Virus record (IMG/VR): IMGVR_UViG_3300042256_000013
Coordinates: 128,001-192,000 of that record
Reading direction: 5' to 3' (one strand)
Length of the DNA stretch: 64,000 nt
Source of the DNA: a virus
Lineage: Duplodnaviria; Heunggongvirae; Uroviricota; Caudoviricetes
Under the pieces are notes generated by a model. It was not told where the DNA came from, did no database searches, and was given only the letters and a program-made list of their open reading frames with translations. The translations under genes and the position numbers were made by a program. Of the stretch, positions 42,695-53,077 are shown piece by piece. The number at the start of each line of letters is the position of its first letter. Positions within the stretch are counted from its first letter, which is position 1.

Positions 42695-43027
42695 AAAATC
42701 TTGTTTTAAATTATTTGCTGCTGCTTTTGTTGCCATGTCCTCTACTTGATCTTCAGAAGATTCAACATTGTCACCACTTGGAGTAGTATCAGTGCCTTGT
42801 AGAGTAACTAAGTCAGAATTTGCATCTTGAACGAATGGTAATTCATTCAGAATGTCCATCATAACATTATAAGGAACATCAATATTAGTACGCTTCTTAA
42901 TCTCATTAATTAGAGATTGAACACTGATCTGTTCCCTGCCAGTGGCAATAAGAGACAGTGCGATAGTACTAATCATGTTCCTAATATCTTTTCCTGGAGC
43001 ATCCTCGGTTATTTGACTATAACGCAT
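42692..43027 (-). CDS. hypothetical head-associated protein
   Basis: 111 aa, N-terminal QITE. Confidence 0.7.
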   Translation of the reverse strand: MRYSQITEDAPGKDIRNMISTIALSLIATGREQISVQSLINEIKKRTNIDVPYNVMMDILNELPFVQDANSDLVTLQGTDTTPSGDNVESSEDQVEDMATKAAANNLKQDF

Positions 43028-43039
43028 ATAACCCTCCGA

Positions 43040-43687
43040 TTATTTTAGGATCTTCAGAACCTTAGCGATTTTGTTTTCGTTTTCAGAAAGCCATTGATTC
43101 ATTTCTTTCTTAGAATTAAAGTACTTATTACCTACAGTACCTTTAACACTTTCAAGTTGAATACCAATACGTTTAGGTTTAGCAGATTCTTTCATCTCAC
43201 GATCCATTGGAGTTGGTTCTGGTAAATCACCAGCATCATCAAATCCTGCATCATCTTCGAAATCAAAATCACCTTCTGGTGTATCTACATCAACAGATAC
43301 ATCATCAGTACCAAAATCATCACCTAAATCTGCAACATCTGGAGAACTTGTAATGTCACCAGTTAGTTTTAGAGTTTCAGTACTAATCTTGTCTTTAACA
43401 TCCATAATTGTTTTTACTGCATGATCAAGAAGACCACTAATATTATTACGGAATGATTCTGCTGCTTCAACACCATGTTCAGCTTTAATACGGTCCAATA
43501 GTGGTCCAAGTACGTCAACACCCATGTTGTTGATTACTTCTGCTTGACGTTGAAGTTTATCTACGATTTCACCCTTAACTGCTAGTACAATTTCAGCTTT
43601 CTCAATGTTTGATTCATTTAGTTGAACAAACGTTAGAGCTTCAACGCGACTGCCGGATTCCATCATTTTTTGAAATTGTTTTGACAT
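43040..43687 (-). CDS. hypothetical head/scaffold-like protein
   Basis: 215 aa, acidic linker, MMES/LNES/MKES motifs. Confidence 0.7.
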   Translation of the reverse strand: MSKQFQKMMESGSRVEALTFVQLNESNIEKAEIVLAVKGEIVDKLQRQAEVINNMGVDVLGPLLDRIKAEHGVEAAESFRNNISGLLDHAVKTIMDVKDKISTETLKLTGDITSSPDVADLGDDFGTDDVSVDVDTPEGDFDFEDDAGFDDAGDLPEPTPMDREMKESAKPKRIGIQLESVKGTVGNKYFNSKKEMNQWLSENENKIAKVLKILK

Positions 43688-43718
43688 TATTATTTCCTTA
43701 TAAATGAAATTTATATCC

Positions 43719-44555
43719 TTATTTAGTTATGAATCCTTCTTCTTTTAAGAAGTTCAATACTCTTACTTTCAAGTCTTGGGCTTTTTTCTTGTGTTCAGCA
43801 ATAACTGTATCAAGTTCTTGAGCCTTATCGTACTTAGATTCTTTAAGTACGCTTTGACGTTCTTTAGCAGCTTTAATAGCTTCCTTAACAACGGTAGTGT
43901 ATTGAATACCAGAACTAATGATACCAAGTACTTTAGTATCAGTTAAGGTTTTACCAGCGTTTAGTAGATTGCGTAATGCTAAAGCTGATTCATACATCAT
44001 AATATTGTCAAGAACAATTTGATTTGTTGCTAAACACTTTATGCTATATGTTTTAGCATTCTTCATACCAAGCACTGATTCTTCAATAATTCCCCAATTC
44101 ATTCCTGGAACGTATGGACGATTTTGTTGTACAGGTGCTGAAGCCTGAGATTGCTGTTGTTTGGTTTGTGGTCTTACTTGACGCATACTAACGGCGATAG
44201 GATCTTCAATGAAGTTCTCGCCTTCTTGTGGTTCATAATAACCATAAATGTTATCATAATCATTATCATCAGAATCAAAATGAACATATTCTTGACCATA
44301 AAATGATTCTTCATGAATATTACCATATTCTCCGGTCAGTTCTTGTAGACCATTTAAAAGGTTTTTAGTTTCAGATAAATTTTGATCACGATTTTGTGAA
44401 TTAATTTGACTGATTATATCACCGCCAGGTGTTCCAGTTCGAATTGCAGTAGTTACTGCTCGACCTTCTTCAATATCATCAAATGCTGACATAATATCAG
44501 ACATTAAATCAACACCTTGTTTACGTTGTTCGTATTCTCCGTAATCGTCACTCAT
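43719..44555 (-). CDS. hypothetical protein
   Basis: 278 aa, coupled operon. Confidence 0.7.
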   Translation of the reverse strand: MSDDYGEYEQRKQGVDLMSDIMSAFDDIEEGRAVTTAIRTGTPGGDIISQINSQNRDQNLSETKNLLNGLQELTGEYGNIHEESFYGQEYVHFDSDDNDYDNIYGYYEPQEGENFIEDPIAVSMRQVRPQTKQQQSQASAPVQQNRPYVPGMNWGIIEESVLGMKNAKTYSIKCLATNQIVLDNIMMYESALALRNLLNAGKTLTDTKVLGIISSGIQYTTVVKEAIKAAKERQSVLKESKYDKAQELDTVIAEHKKKAQDLKVRVLNFLKEEGFITK

Positions 44556-44770
44556 TGCTTACTCCTTTTAATCGATACAAAATATTCAGTTCCATCTTTT
44601 TCTATCTTATTTAGAACTCCACGAGAGATGAGTTTATTCCCCAACTCTCGATAATATTCACCAAAGTATTCTGCTGGCATCTCAATATTTGCATCAATTT
44701 TCTTAATGAGACGGTATTCTTCATTTGATACAATTATAGTAAAACCTTTATTTGTACCTACCGTTCTCAT
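44552..44770 (-). CDS. small hypothetical protein
   Basis: 72 aa, coupled at both ends. Confidence 0.7.
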   Translation of the reverse strand: MRTVGTNKGFTIIVSNEEYRLIKKIDANIEMPAEYFGEYYRELGNKLISRGVLNKIEKDGTEYFVSIKRSKQ

Positions 44771-45696
44771 TATCTACCTCTCATTCTTGAACAAAAGTCT
44801 ATGATCTGAGATAATATTTCATCAGCATCATGCATACCTTCATTACCTTGTGGTGATTCTTCACCTGTAGTATCTTCTGAACCTTCAATATCACCAATAG
44901 CTTGTGATAATCTACCTAGACTTGGATTTTCATGAGTTAGTGGAGAAGATTGTTGTTCAATACTTCTTTGTTGTTCTGGAGCCATAATAGCACCTTCACT
45001 GTTGTCCAATTCATCGTGTTCATCATCTTCTTGTACTGGTTCAATATCATCTAACCCAAATACATTTACTTGATTTGATTTTGATGGGTCTTTTGTAACT
45101 ACTAAACTTTTATCAGGAGTTGGTCCAATATCTACACCAACAACGTTAGCAAGTTCAGTACTACCAGCTTGGTTTCCTGGAACAGAAACTTTAAAGTTAG
45201 TATTGGACGCATTACGTTGTAAATCTGCTTGTTTCATCTTGATAGCAGTTTGTGGATTTACTTGAGATTGCTGTTGTGCAGTATTTTGTTTATTGATTTG
45301 GTTCGCATTTAATTGTGAAGTTAAATCTTCATTTAATTCATCAAATACTAAAGTTTTAATTTCAGCTAATGTTAAGTGAGAATTCTCACGCAACGCAAAA
45401 GAGCAATTTGCTTTATAGAAATCTTCCAGTTCTGAAACTGTAAGTCCGTTAAGTGCGTTAACTTCTGCTGATTCATTAATCTTATTAGAAGCGAAAAGTT
45501 TATAATTCTCGCTCATTTGTGCTTTGTACTTCTGTAGTAGCTGCATGATAGTTCGATTATCCGAATTATCCATTGCCTGGTTAATTTCTACAAAATCGCC
45601 ACCATCCATAGCACTCAGAACTTGATTTACTTCCATTTGTAAACCATTCGCGTCAGCGAATTTTTGAAGCTCTTGTGCAGTTTGTTGTATATCCAT
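44770..45696 (-). CDS. hypothetical late protein (Q/N-rich)
   Basis: 308 aa; TAAATA at 45736-45741. Confidence 0.75.
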   Translation of the reverse strand: MDIQQTAQELQKFADANGLQMEVNQVLSAMDGGDFVEINQAMDNSDNRTIMQLLQKYKAQMSENYKLFASNKINESAEVNALNGLTVSELEDFYKANCSFALRENSHLTLAEIKTLVFDELNEDLTSQLNANQINKQNTAQQQSQVNPQTAIKMKQADLQRNASNTNFKVSVPGNQAGSTELANVVGVDIGPTPDKSLVVTKDPSKSNQVNVFGLDDIEPVQEDDEHDELDNSEGAIMAPEQQRSIEQQSSPLTHENPSLGRLSQAIGDIEGSEDTTGEESPQGNEGMHDADEILSQIIDFCSRMRGR

Positions 45697-45713
45697 ATTA
45701 TCTCCAAAAAGAA

Positions 45714-45761
45714 AAACCTTTTCTGTACATGAAGATATTTATCATGTACGGGAAAAGGTTT
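45714..45761 (-). promoter_or_regulatory. terminator-like hairpin with late promoter TAAATA in its loop
   Basis: ~19-bp arms 45714-45732/45742-45761, followed by TTCTTTTT on the minus strand. Confidence 0.6.
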
Positions 45762-46140
45762 GCTTAGTAATACTAATATTCCGTTCAGAGGTAGTACTAT
45801 TGAATTTAGTTAGACGTGCACCATTAACAGTAGTAGGAAGTACCAACGGTACACCAGATACTGATAATTCTACATCCATTGGTAATGCGAATTTAAACGT
45901 ACTTACAACACATTCTCCCCATGCACTAGGAAGATTGTAAAATGATGAATTGTTATTTTTACTCAAGTCAACTTCAGTTTTTACTACACTCACCATCATT
46001 GGTCGGTCGAATACCATAACACATTCCAGCAATCTTGACAAATTCATTGCACCAGTAAATTCTCCATTAACAATTGTTGGAGTACTACCATCACCAATAT
46101 CAATTACAGTATTGATTGTGTAAAATGTATAAGAAATCAT
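45742..46140 (-). CDS. hypothetical protein
   Basis: 132 aa, AGGA RBS. Confidence 0.7.
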   Translation of the reverse strand: MISYTFYTINTVIDIGDGSTPTIVNGEFTGAMNLSRLLECVMVFDRPMMVSVVKTEVDLSKNNNSSFYNLPSAWGECVVSTFKFALPMDVELSVSGVPLVLPTTVNGARLTKFNSTTSERNISITKQTFSRT

Positions 46141-46141
46141 G

Positions 46142-46297
46142 TTAATCCTTTTTGCCTTTGTATTCTTTATAACCGAAGAAATTTGATTTAGGCATTCTTG
46201 TAATTAGTGGATAATTTAGACCACCACTAACAGATGCAATTGAACCAGAACTGGTAGCACCGGATGAAGCATTTTCATTTACTTTTTTCTTTTTCAT
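46142..46297 (-). CDS. small protein (51 aa, not in ORF track)
   Basis: Hand translation MKKKKVNENASSGATSSGSIASVSGG...GKKD*; exactly fills the gap between neighbours. Confidence 0.65.
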   Translation of the reverse strand: MKKKKVNENASSGATSSGSIASVSGGLNYPLITRMPKSNFFGYKEYKGKKD

Positions 46298-46298
46298 A

Positions 46299-46568
46299 TT
46301 ATTCACCTTTATTCTTACGTTTTTCGTCTAAGGTAAGATTTTCTAAACCCTTTTCGAATTTGCGATAGTCACGGTTTTTAATACTCAAGAACAAACGACG
46401 AGTCAGGTCGTTTGCTACTTCTTCATCAAAATCTTCATCAATACTATCTAGTAAATTGATTATCGAATTTATTGCATGATCAGCACGATTTCCTAAACTT
46501 TGTAGTTTTTCTTTGTCTGATGTATAGTTAACTATACTATCCAGAAGATTGTGCTTTTTATTCGACAT
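46299..46568 (-). CDS. hypothetical protein
   Basis: 89 aa, immediately downstream of the helicase. Confidence 0.7.
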   Translation of the reverse strand: MSNKKHNLLDSIVNYTSDKEKLQSLGNRADHAINSIINLLDSIDEDFDEEVANDLTRRLFLSIKNRDYRKFEKGLENLTLDEKRKNKGE

Positions 46569-46569
46569 A

Positions 46570-48075
46570 TTACATCCTACCATTCAAAAAGTTTCTCATA
46601 CTAGAAACTTTATCCTCAGTCTTTGATGTATTTATATTTTGAGATTCAGGAGTACTGTAATTTTGTACATCATCTGTACTGGTACTTGGTTTATGCGTAA
46701 CTGTTGTTAATTTATTCTGTAATGAACTCATAGCATTACCTGGAGCTTGTGGAGTACTGAAAACATTACTTTTGCCTATCATTACTTTTCCACTATGTTT
46801 GAAACCAGTATTAATTTCCATTTCCTGAACAGTATGAGGATGATCTAGTACTCTAAGTGAATCAATATCATAAGACATGATTAAACGCGAACCTACCGCT
46901 GAACTATTACGAGTTTTTTGGAAGTCAAATACCAGTTCACCACGATCTTTACGTGCATCAATGTAAATTACGTTATCAGCAGTATAAATCTTAGAGATAC
47001 CACCTGCAATTTGTGCTTGGGATTTAATATCTTCTCCAGATACACCACTACGGTTAAACTGACAAGCCGTGAATACAGTTATGTCCATTTTCATAGCAAG
47101 AGCACGAAGTTCTTCGGATACGAACTTATCTTTAACGAATGCATTAGACTTATCATTCGGACCACAACGATCAGATGTTAACAAATCGAGATAATCCACA
47201 CAAATATAGTCAAGCTTAATGCCAGTTTTGATTTGAAGTTCACGAATATAACTTTCAATGTCATTAACAGTGGTTACAGATTCAGGCAAACGATGAATAC
47301 GCAATTTACCATTACTGCGTTCCTCAATTTTGACCTTAGCAGCAGTCTCATCAATGTCAACTTTGACTCTATTCTGTGCAGTGTTAACCATCATACCATA
47401 GATACGAACAGCAACTAATTCTGATGCCAGTTCAAGTGTAATGTATGCACCATTAAGTCCAGCTTTACTGAAGTTCACGGCTAAGTTTTGGAGCACTACT
47501 GACTTACCACCACCGGAGGCTGCTGCGAAGATTTCTAATTCTTGCTTACCGAAACCACCAAACAGTTTATAGTCAAAAGTTTCCCAACCAGATTTGAATG
47601 TACCTTGTTGATCTGCCAATTTACGAATTACTGCTTCTGGATCTTCATAAATGTCAAGACCAATATCATTCTGTACAGTTACTAACATAGCTTCACGAAT
47701 AAGTTCTTCGATTCCACCATATCTTTTTTGGTTTACAAGTTCCATCCCTTGCTGAATTGCTTGAGCAAGAGCTTTATGACGACAAAATTCACCAATACTA
47801 TCAAGTACTGCTTGTTGATTCAAGTTAGGTACAATAGTTTCAGAATATGAAAAATCTGCATTGTGTTTAATGTCATTAAGTGTAGGGGTTACATTGTACT
47901 TAGATGAATAATCATGTACATATTGAATGCTTGAATGATATTCCTTATCGAAATAATCAGGTTTCAAAACATTCTTACAACGAACATACAAGTCCGGTGT
48001 ACTAAAAATTTGCTGTAGCAAATATAATTGATATTGAATATCGTATTTTCTAACGTCCGTGTTACTTACAATCAT
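46570..48075 (-). CDS. 41: replicative DnaB-like helicase (T4 gp41)
   Basis: SGW..FD..L.GG, AASGGGKS, YITLEL, VDYLDL, SEELR.LA, TA.Q.NR, KTRN. Confidence 0.92.
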   Translation of the reverse strand: MIVSNTDVRKYDIQYQLYLLQQIFSTPDLYVRCKNVLKPDYFDKEYHSSIQYVHDYSSKYNVTPTLNDIKHNADFSYSETIVPNLNQQAVLDSIGEFCRHKALAQAIQQGMELVNQKRYGGIEELIREAMLVTVQNDIGLDIYEDPEAVIRKLADQQGTFKSGWETFDYKLFGGFGKQELEIFAAASGGGKSVVLQNLAVNFSKAGLNGAYITLELASELVAVRIYGMMVNTAQNRVKVDIDETAAKVKIEERSNGKLRIHRLPESVTTVNDIESYIRELQIKTGIKLDYICVDYLDLLTSDRCGPNDKSNAFVKDKFVSEELRALAMKMDITVFTACQFNRSGVSGEDIKSQAQIAGGISKIYTADNVIYIDARKDRGELVFDFQKTRNSSAVGSRLIMSYDIDSLRVLDHPHTVQEMEINTGFKHSGKVMIGKSNVFSTPQAPGNAMSSLQNKLTTVTHKPSTSTDDVQNYSTPESQNINTSKTEDKVSSMRNFLNGRM

Positions 48076-48082
48076 TTAAACC

Positions 48083-49129
48083 TCAAATCCATTTTTCAGT
48101 TTGTACTCTAATGTCGAATCTATCAGTGTATATACTTTTATGTAGTAATTGTAAACAAAACAATCTTCCATACTTAGCACATGCTTCATCAAAATCCTTA
48201 ATGTGACGAATTCCCTCTCCGTCACGAACCGCACCAAAATCAGGTAATGCTACACTGAATCCGTGCTCAATAGCTTGTTCAATCGTAACTAATCCATCTT
48301 TATCACGATCAGGAACAATAACTATTATTTTACCACGTTCCTGAGCTTTCTTCAACAATTCAATTTGTGAAGTACTAAGGAAGTAGTTATTAGCAGATAT
48401 TCCACCCATTAACGCTGCGTCAATTGGTCCTTCTGCTACCAGAATTATTTGAACTCTGTCATCATTTAGTAAATCGAAGTTATAAAAAATGCTCGTACTC
48501 ACTTGATTACGATAGCGATATTCGCTGTTTTTATCAATGTGACGAGCAGTATAACCAATGATTTGACCATTCATGTAATACGGAATGATGAACCGTTGGA
48601 ACATGTAAAATTCTTTTGAAGGACTCCAATATAAATCTAAGTCCAATAGATACGGATTACGATCATTGACTGCATTAACAACTTTCAAGAATTCTTGAGG
48701 AATATTAGGAGAATTCACCCATTCTATGAAAGGTTTAGCGTCTGAAGGTAAATCACGCTGTACTATTTTTTGGTACAATTTTGATGCCGCAGTATCTTGT
48801 ACTTCGTAATCACCACTTTCTACCATTTCTTTTGCGATTAGTTTAATACTAATCATTTCTTTATCTGATGCACCATAAGAACGAAGCAAGGATTCCATAT
48901 CCTTGCTTATATATCTTCCTGGGGACCAAACTGTTTTTAAATGACAGTTAAAACAATTATACACAACTGAACCATCATTACGGAACATGTGATTTCCACG
49001 TCCTTTAGTGTCTGGTCTTGATTGTCCTCTTGTCACACAAGCAGGACAATTATGTTGATTCCAACGATCCATCATTGGTGCAGGATTGTGCATAATTGAT
49101 GCCATAATGTCTTGTATCTGATTCATCAT
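48083..49129 (-). CDS. 61: DNA primase (T4 gp61-like)
   Basis: Zn ribbon CPAC...YNCFNC, IIP....G.IIGYTAR, TOPRIM EGPIDA and PDRDKDG, KD. Confidence 0.9.
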   Translation of the reverse strand: MMNQIQDIMASIMHNPAPMMDRWNQHNCPACVTRGQSRPDTKGRGNHMFRNDGSVVYNCFNCHLKTVWSPGRYISKDMESLLRSYGASDKEMISIKLIAKEMVESGDYEVQDTAASKLYQKIVQRDLPSDAKPFIEWVNSPNIPQEFLKVVNAVNDRNPYLLDLDLYWSPSKEFYMFQRFIIPYYMNGQIIGYTARHIDKNSEYRYRNQVSTSIFYNFDLLNDDRVQIILVAEGPIDAALMGGISANNYFLSTSQIELLKKAQERGKIIVIVPDRDKDGLVTIEQAIEHGFSVALPDFGAVRDGEGIRHIKDFDEACAKYGRLFCLQLLHKSIYTDRFDIRVQTEKWI

Positions 49130-49161
49130 TCATTTCCTATGTCTGTGTCAGTACTTCGAGC

Positions 49162-49190
49162 ATTATACCACATTTTTTCAAATCATTCCA
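49162..49190 (-). promoter_or_regulatory. TGGAAT-N17-TATAAT promoter
   Basis: Upstream of the primase-helicase operon. Confidence 0.7.
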
Positions 49191-49191
49191 T

Positions 49192-50163
49192 TTATCTACG
49201 AATCAAAATCTTAGGGATTGTGTTCAACGGATTGTAATCTTTCTTGATCACATTAGGTGGATAATTTTTAACAATAGGAGGAATAGCAGCTACCACACGA
49301 ACCCACATAAGTTGTCCGTGGAAATTGAATGCTCGTATTCCTTCTAATGGAATTGGAATACCATTTGGATCAAAATCATTCTCAATGTATTCTTCACCAT
49401 CAAGTTTAATAATGAACCACTTATAATCTTCTGCATCCTTTGGAGTTTCATTTAAAAGACAACCTTGTAATTGAACTCTACCAATGAAATTATTGAAATA
49501 AAATGCGATAGTACTTAAACCATCTACTAAACCATATTGAGCATCAGCCCTAATTGCAGAACTATGCAATACATCGAATTCACCAATAATACCATTAGAG
49601 ATAGGTTTATTTTCTTTATCTTTAATTGGTAGATATGATGGATTTTTGTCTTTGCTTATTTCTTCACTTGGTGTAAATGTTGGTGCAGCTAAATTGCTGA
49701 TAGTTAATTCAGCACTTGCTTCATAGTTCAAGCCAGTATATAAGTACTCTGTAGGTTCAATTAGATCTCCATCCATTGTAACCTTAGTAATACTCCAGCG
49801 GTATTTTGAACCAACACTTAAATCTTGGATAACTCCAGCAGGAACCATACATCCATAATAGACTTTAACTTTATTACTAACAGTTGGTCGTGCTTGTCCA
49901 GCTTCAGAAACCCAAGATGGTTCTATTTTGTCAAGTACTGTTTCGAAGATTCTAGTATCCGAACGTGCATCAAAGATGCTGAACACTAGATATTGATTAT
50001 CACTAATCAATGTATATTTTCCATCAGCATTATGAATAGTAAAGCTAAGTGGATTGTTTGCACCTCTATAAATGGTTAGTTTCTGTTGTGAGAAAGGCAT
50101 ATTAAAATTGCCTAAAGAAACTTCATTGTTATAAGGATACATGTAAACGCCATGATGTGCCAT
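49192..50163 (-). CDS. probable virion structural protein
   Basis: 323 aa, beta-rich; TAAATA at 50201-50206. Confidence 0.6.
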   Translation of the reverse strand: MAHHGVYMYPYNNEVSLGNFNMPFSQQKLTIYRGANNPLSFTIHNADGKYTLISDNQYLVFSIFDARSDTRIFETVLDKIEPSWVSEAGQARPTVSNKVKVYYGCMVPAGVIQDLSVGSKYRWSITKVTMDGDLIEPTEYLYTGLNYEASAELTISNLAAPTFTPSEEISKDKNPSYLPIKDKENKPISNGIIGEFDVLHSSAIRADAQYGLVDGLSTIAFYFNNFIGRVQLQGCLLNETPKDAEDYKWFIIKLDGEEYIENDFDPNGIPIPLEGIRAFNFHGQLMWVRVVAAIPPIVKNYPPNVIKKDYNPLNTIPKILIRR

Positions 50164-50216
50164 GTTAAACCTCTATAAATATAATATACAATTTATACAA
50201 TATTTATGGAAGTCCT

Positions 50217-50570
50217 ATGAATGAATATAAAACATATCCGTTCGTGACAATTCTTGAACACGACGATATAATCTATTATGGGATTATCAAAATCAAAAGT
50301 AAACAATACATTACATTGTACTGCTTCTCTGAGATGGATGAATCCCTTCAAGAAGAACTGCTATTGCTGGCTAATAACTGGTGGTGGCAAAGTAATCGAA
50401 CCATTCCTATTTGTTTATTCATGCAAGAAGAAATGGAAAAATTTGAACCATATACAAAACGATTTAACACTGACCAAGTGACAATTCATAGCGGTCCAGT
50501 TATCTCATTAAGTGATCTGCCAACGAAACGCATTAAGCGTAGAAATGTTGCTCTTAAGAAGAGGAAATAA
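50217..50570 (+). CDS. hypothetical protein (late)
   Basis: 117 aa, WWWQSNRTIPI motif; TATAAATA at 50174-50181. Confidence 0.75.
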   Translation: MNEYKTYPFVTILEHDDIIYYGIIKIKSKQYITLYCFSEMDESLQEELLLLANNWWWQSNRTIPICLFMQEEMEKFEPYTKRFNTDQVTIHSGPVISLSDLPTKRIKRRNVALKKRK

Positions 50571-51204
50571 TATATTCTACAAGTGCATTTAACTGAACAA
50601 CTATCATCAAACTATAAGCGTATGCATGAGGTTTTTTGAAGTATCTTAACTTCTTACCTTCAGCATCAAGACCAATACTCTCATAATCCCATATAACTGC
50701 CCTTACCTCATCCCAACTATTCATACTTTGACACTGACGCTTACCTGGACGAATCATAGCAATAAACATTGCTAATTCATCTATACTTTTCGGTTTCCAG
50801 ACACGAAGCAATGTAATATGCTTTTTAATCTGAGATAATTCTTCAACGAATTCTGGAACTAATAATAGATCCCAATCAGGCTCTTTGTTCATTAACTCCT
50901 TTAAATGATCCCTATCACGAACATGCTCATAAGCCGATTGAGACAGAATATCAACTTTTTGGTATCCTAATCTTTCGGCTTCTTTGTATTGTATACTTGC
51001 TAATCCACTAATTGGATCTACTGGTATATTATCAAAATGAACACCACTATTGTGAGGAATCAATCCATCTTCAGTAATTTTCTCTACACTTCTGGTACAA
51101 GGAAGTTGCTCTATAACTGACTTTCCATCTTTAAAGTCAATATCAATATCAGTACGAGCTTTACGGTAATTAATAGTTTGAGAACTCTTGTGATCCGTAT
51201 CCAT
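50554..51204 (-). CDS. dnaE: DNA polymerase III alpha (DnaE) catalytic C-terminal fragment, miniaturised
   Basis: TDIDIDF (PDFDVDF), HNSGV (HAGGV), KVDIL (KFDFL), LAMFIAMIRPG (ALFRPG), FKKPHAYAY (FNKSHSAAY). Confidence 0.85.
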   Translation of the reverse strand: MDTDHKSSQTINYRKARTDIDIDFKDGKSVIEQLPCTRSVEKITEDGLIPHNSGVHFDNIPVDPISGLASIQYKEAERLGYQKVDILSQSAYEHVRDRDHLKELMNKEPDWDLLLVPEFVEELSQIKKHITLLRVWKPKSIDELAMFIAMIRPGKRQCQSMNSWDEVRAVIWDYESIGLDAEGKKLRYFKKPHAYAYSLMIVVQLNALVEYIISSS

Positions 51205-51529
51205 TCGTTATTTCCTTTAGTCGTTGGACTTCTTGCTTCAACGTAGCAATATCATTAGCCATAATATTAATTGCAGTTGTTTGTTCTTTTAAACGTTGAC
51301 GTAAGGTGAATAATGCTTCTTCATGCTGTCCAATAAAAGTAATAGCCTGCTCAATACGTTTAGGATCAGTAACCTGAAAAGTTCTGTCACCCATCGTAAT
51401 CTCAGTAACAGTACCTTGACGCAGAATTGAAAGTTGTGAAACATTCTCTTTTAATTTCTCTTTTTCAAGAGCATTTTCTTTCTTTTCTTCTTCTGTTAAT
51501 TCTGGTTCAGAATAAATTCTGGATTTCAT
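51170..51529 (-). CDS. coiled-coil hypothetical protein
   Basis: 119 aa, overlaps both neighbours. Confidence 0.7.
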   Translation of the reverse strand: MKSRIYSEPELTEEEKKENALEKEKLKENVSQLSILRQGTVTEITMGDRTFQVTDPKRIEQAITFIGQHEEALFTLRQRLKEQTTAINIMANDIATLKQEVQRLKEITNGYGSQEFSNY

Positions 51530-52245
51530 ATACCTGCCTCCGTGAGTAAATTTCGTATATCCATCACTTCATCATTGTACCTTATTTGTAAAATTTTAAA
51601 GTACGTTGGGTCAATAAATTTGACAAGATACTCTAACTCTGAATCTGAAAAACGATTCAGTAGTTTGTTACCACTTTCTGGTGAAGCAGCGTAGATAATC
51701 CACGGTGATAGTTTACCAGTTTCGAACCACAATATTGCACGTTCAGTACTAACATTTTCAAAGAAATCTGTCCATTCATTATCTGTTGCAACTCCCCATT
51801 CCACGATTGCGTTAATAGAACGCTCAATACCTCTACGTGGATGTTCATTACGAATACAGCTAATTACCCATTCTTCATATGTCTTATGAGATTTCCATTC
51901 ATAAACGGTTTTCCCACCAGTTAAGACATGCTTGATGAATTGTTCTTTATTTAGAATATCATGAGACAAAATATACTGAGCAAAATCATAGAAGTCATTA
52001 AAGTACCTTGATTTTATGAATTGCATCAATGGTTCTTCATTTTTCTTCATCTGAAATTTGTGTGCTTCCATAAACAACATATAAAGACGATAAGCTTCAC
52101 GCATTAATCTGGATTCACGATCATTATAACGATCACGTTTCACACACGCATGAGTTAGTACTGTATCTTCTCGTTTATATTCTTTGTCACAAAATCTGCA
52201 TTTAAAAGTAGGGGCTTTAGCAGCCCCTTTTTTATTTGTTGCCAT
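51526..52245 (-). CDS. protein with N-terminal C2H2/C2HC-like zinc finger
   Basis: FKCRFCDKEYKREDTVLTHAC. Confidence 0.65.
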   Translation of the reverse strand: MATNKKGAAKAPTFKCRFCDKEYKREDTVLTHACVKRDRYNDRESRLMREAYRLYMLFMEAHKFQMKKNEEPLMQFIKSRYFNDFYDFAQYILSHDILNKEQFIKHVLTGGKTVYEWKSHKTYEEWVISCIRNEHPRRGIERSINAIVEWGVATDNEWTDFFENVSTERAILWFETGKLSPWIIYAASPESGNKLLNRFSDSELEYLVKFIDPTYFKILQIRYNDEVMDIRNLLTEAGI

Positions 52246-53077
52246 ATTTTTCGTTTTCTGCCTTGAATAGTTTTAAGAGAGTCTTAATCTCTTGGTCTGA
52301 ACTTCCTAAGTCTTTTAGTAGTTCTTCAAAGGTGTCTTTCGTGTAACTGGACAATAGTATTTTGTATTCTGCCTCATTCATCTGGACAGATACAGATTCT
52401 GGTTGTGTACGTTTAATAACTTCGAAGATATGTTTATCTACGTTCTTTAAACCTTTACAATGTGCCAACCAGTTATGAGCACGTTTCTGTGGTCCAATCA
52501 TTTCAGATACTGAACACATAAGTTGATAAACTAACTCAGGGTGATTCTTCATTTCCCAAAAGTTGCTATTCACCATATCATTTAACATAATCAAATGGTA
52601 CTTAATTGTAGTATTGTCAATCAATGAAATGATTTCATGTCCAGTAATGCCAAATTCAGTCATCATAAGAGCAAGAGCATCTGCTGATGCTCTATCCTGT
52701 ACGGCGAATTTGATTCTCCAGTCATATTTCGAGTGTTCATACTTAGCAGTACTGATACATAATCCATTACCAGTACCGTTGAACTCATCTTTTAGTTCAT
52801 TTAGAGCTTCTTTACCGCCAGCCGACCATTTTCCAAAAATAGCTTCAACTTTCTTTGCATTATAAGTCAATTGTACTGAATCATCAAGAGAACTAATCCA
52901 ACGTAATACGATATAAGGCTGGAAATGCTTCTTTTCTTTATCACTTAGGGTTTCATAATACCCATATTCTGCCATGTCAATCTTTTCAAGTAATAGATTC
53001 ATATCTAACTTGTGATTTGACTCTGACGCTGAATCTTCATCCGATGAAGACAATGGTAATCCGCTAAAATCGAACAT
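52232..53077 (-). CDS. hypothetical protein, possibly clamp-loader gp62-related
   Basis: KK.FQPYIVLRWIS weakly recalls gp62-family Y.PF..NR.LS; replication operon context. Confidence 0.45.
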   Translation of the reverse strand: MFDFSGLPLSSSDEDSASESNHKLDMNLLLEKIDMAEYGYYETLSDKEKKHFQPYIVLRWISSLDDSVQLTYNAKKVEAIFGKWSAGGKEALNELKDEFNGTGNGLCISTAKYEHSKYDWRIKFAVQDRASADALALMMTEFGITGHEIISLIDNTTIKYHLIMLNDMVNSNFWEMKNHPELVYQLMCSVSEMIGPQKRAHNWLAHCKGLKNVDKHIFEVIKRTQPESVSVQMNEAEYKILLSSYTKDTFEELLKDLGSSDQEIKTLLKLFKAENEKYGNK

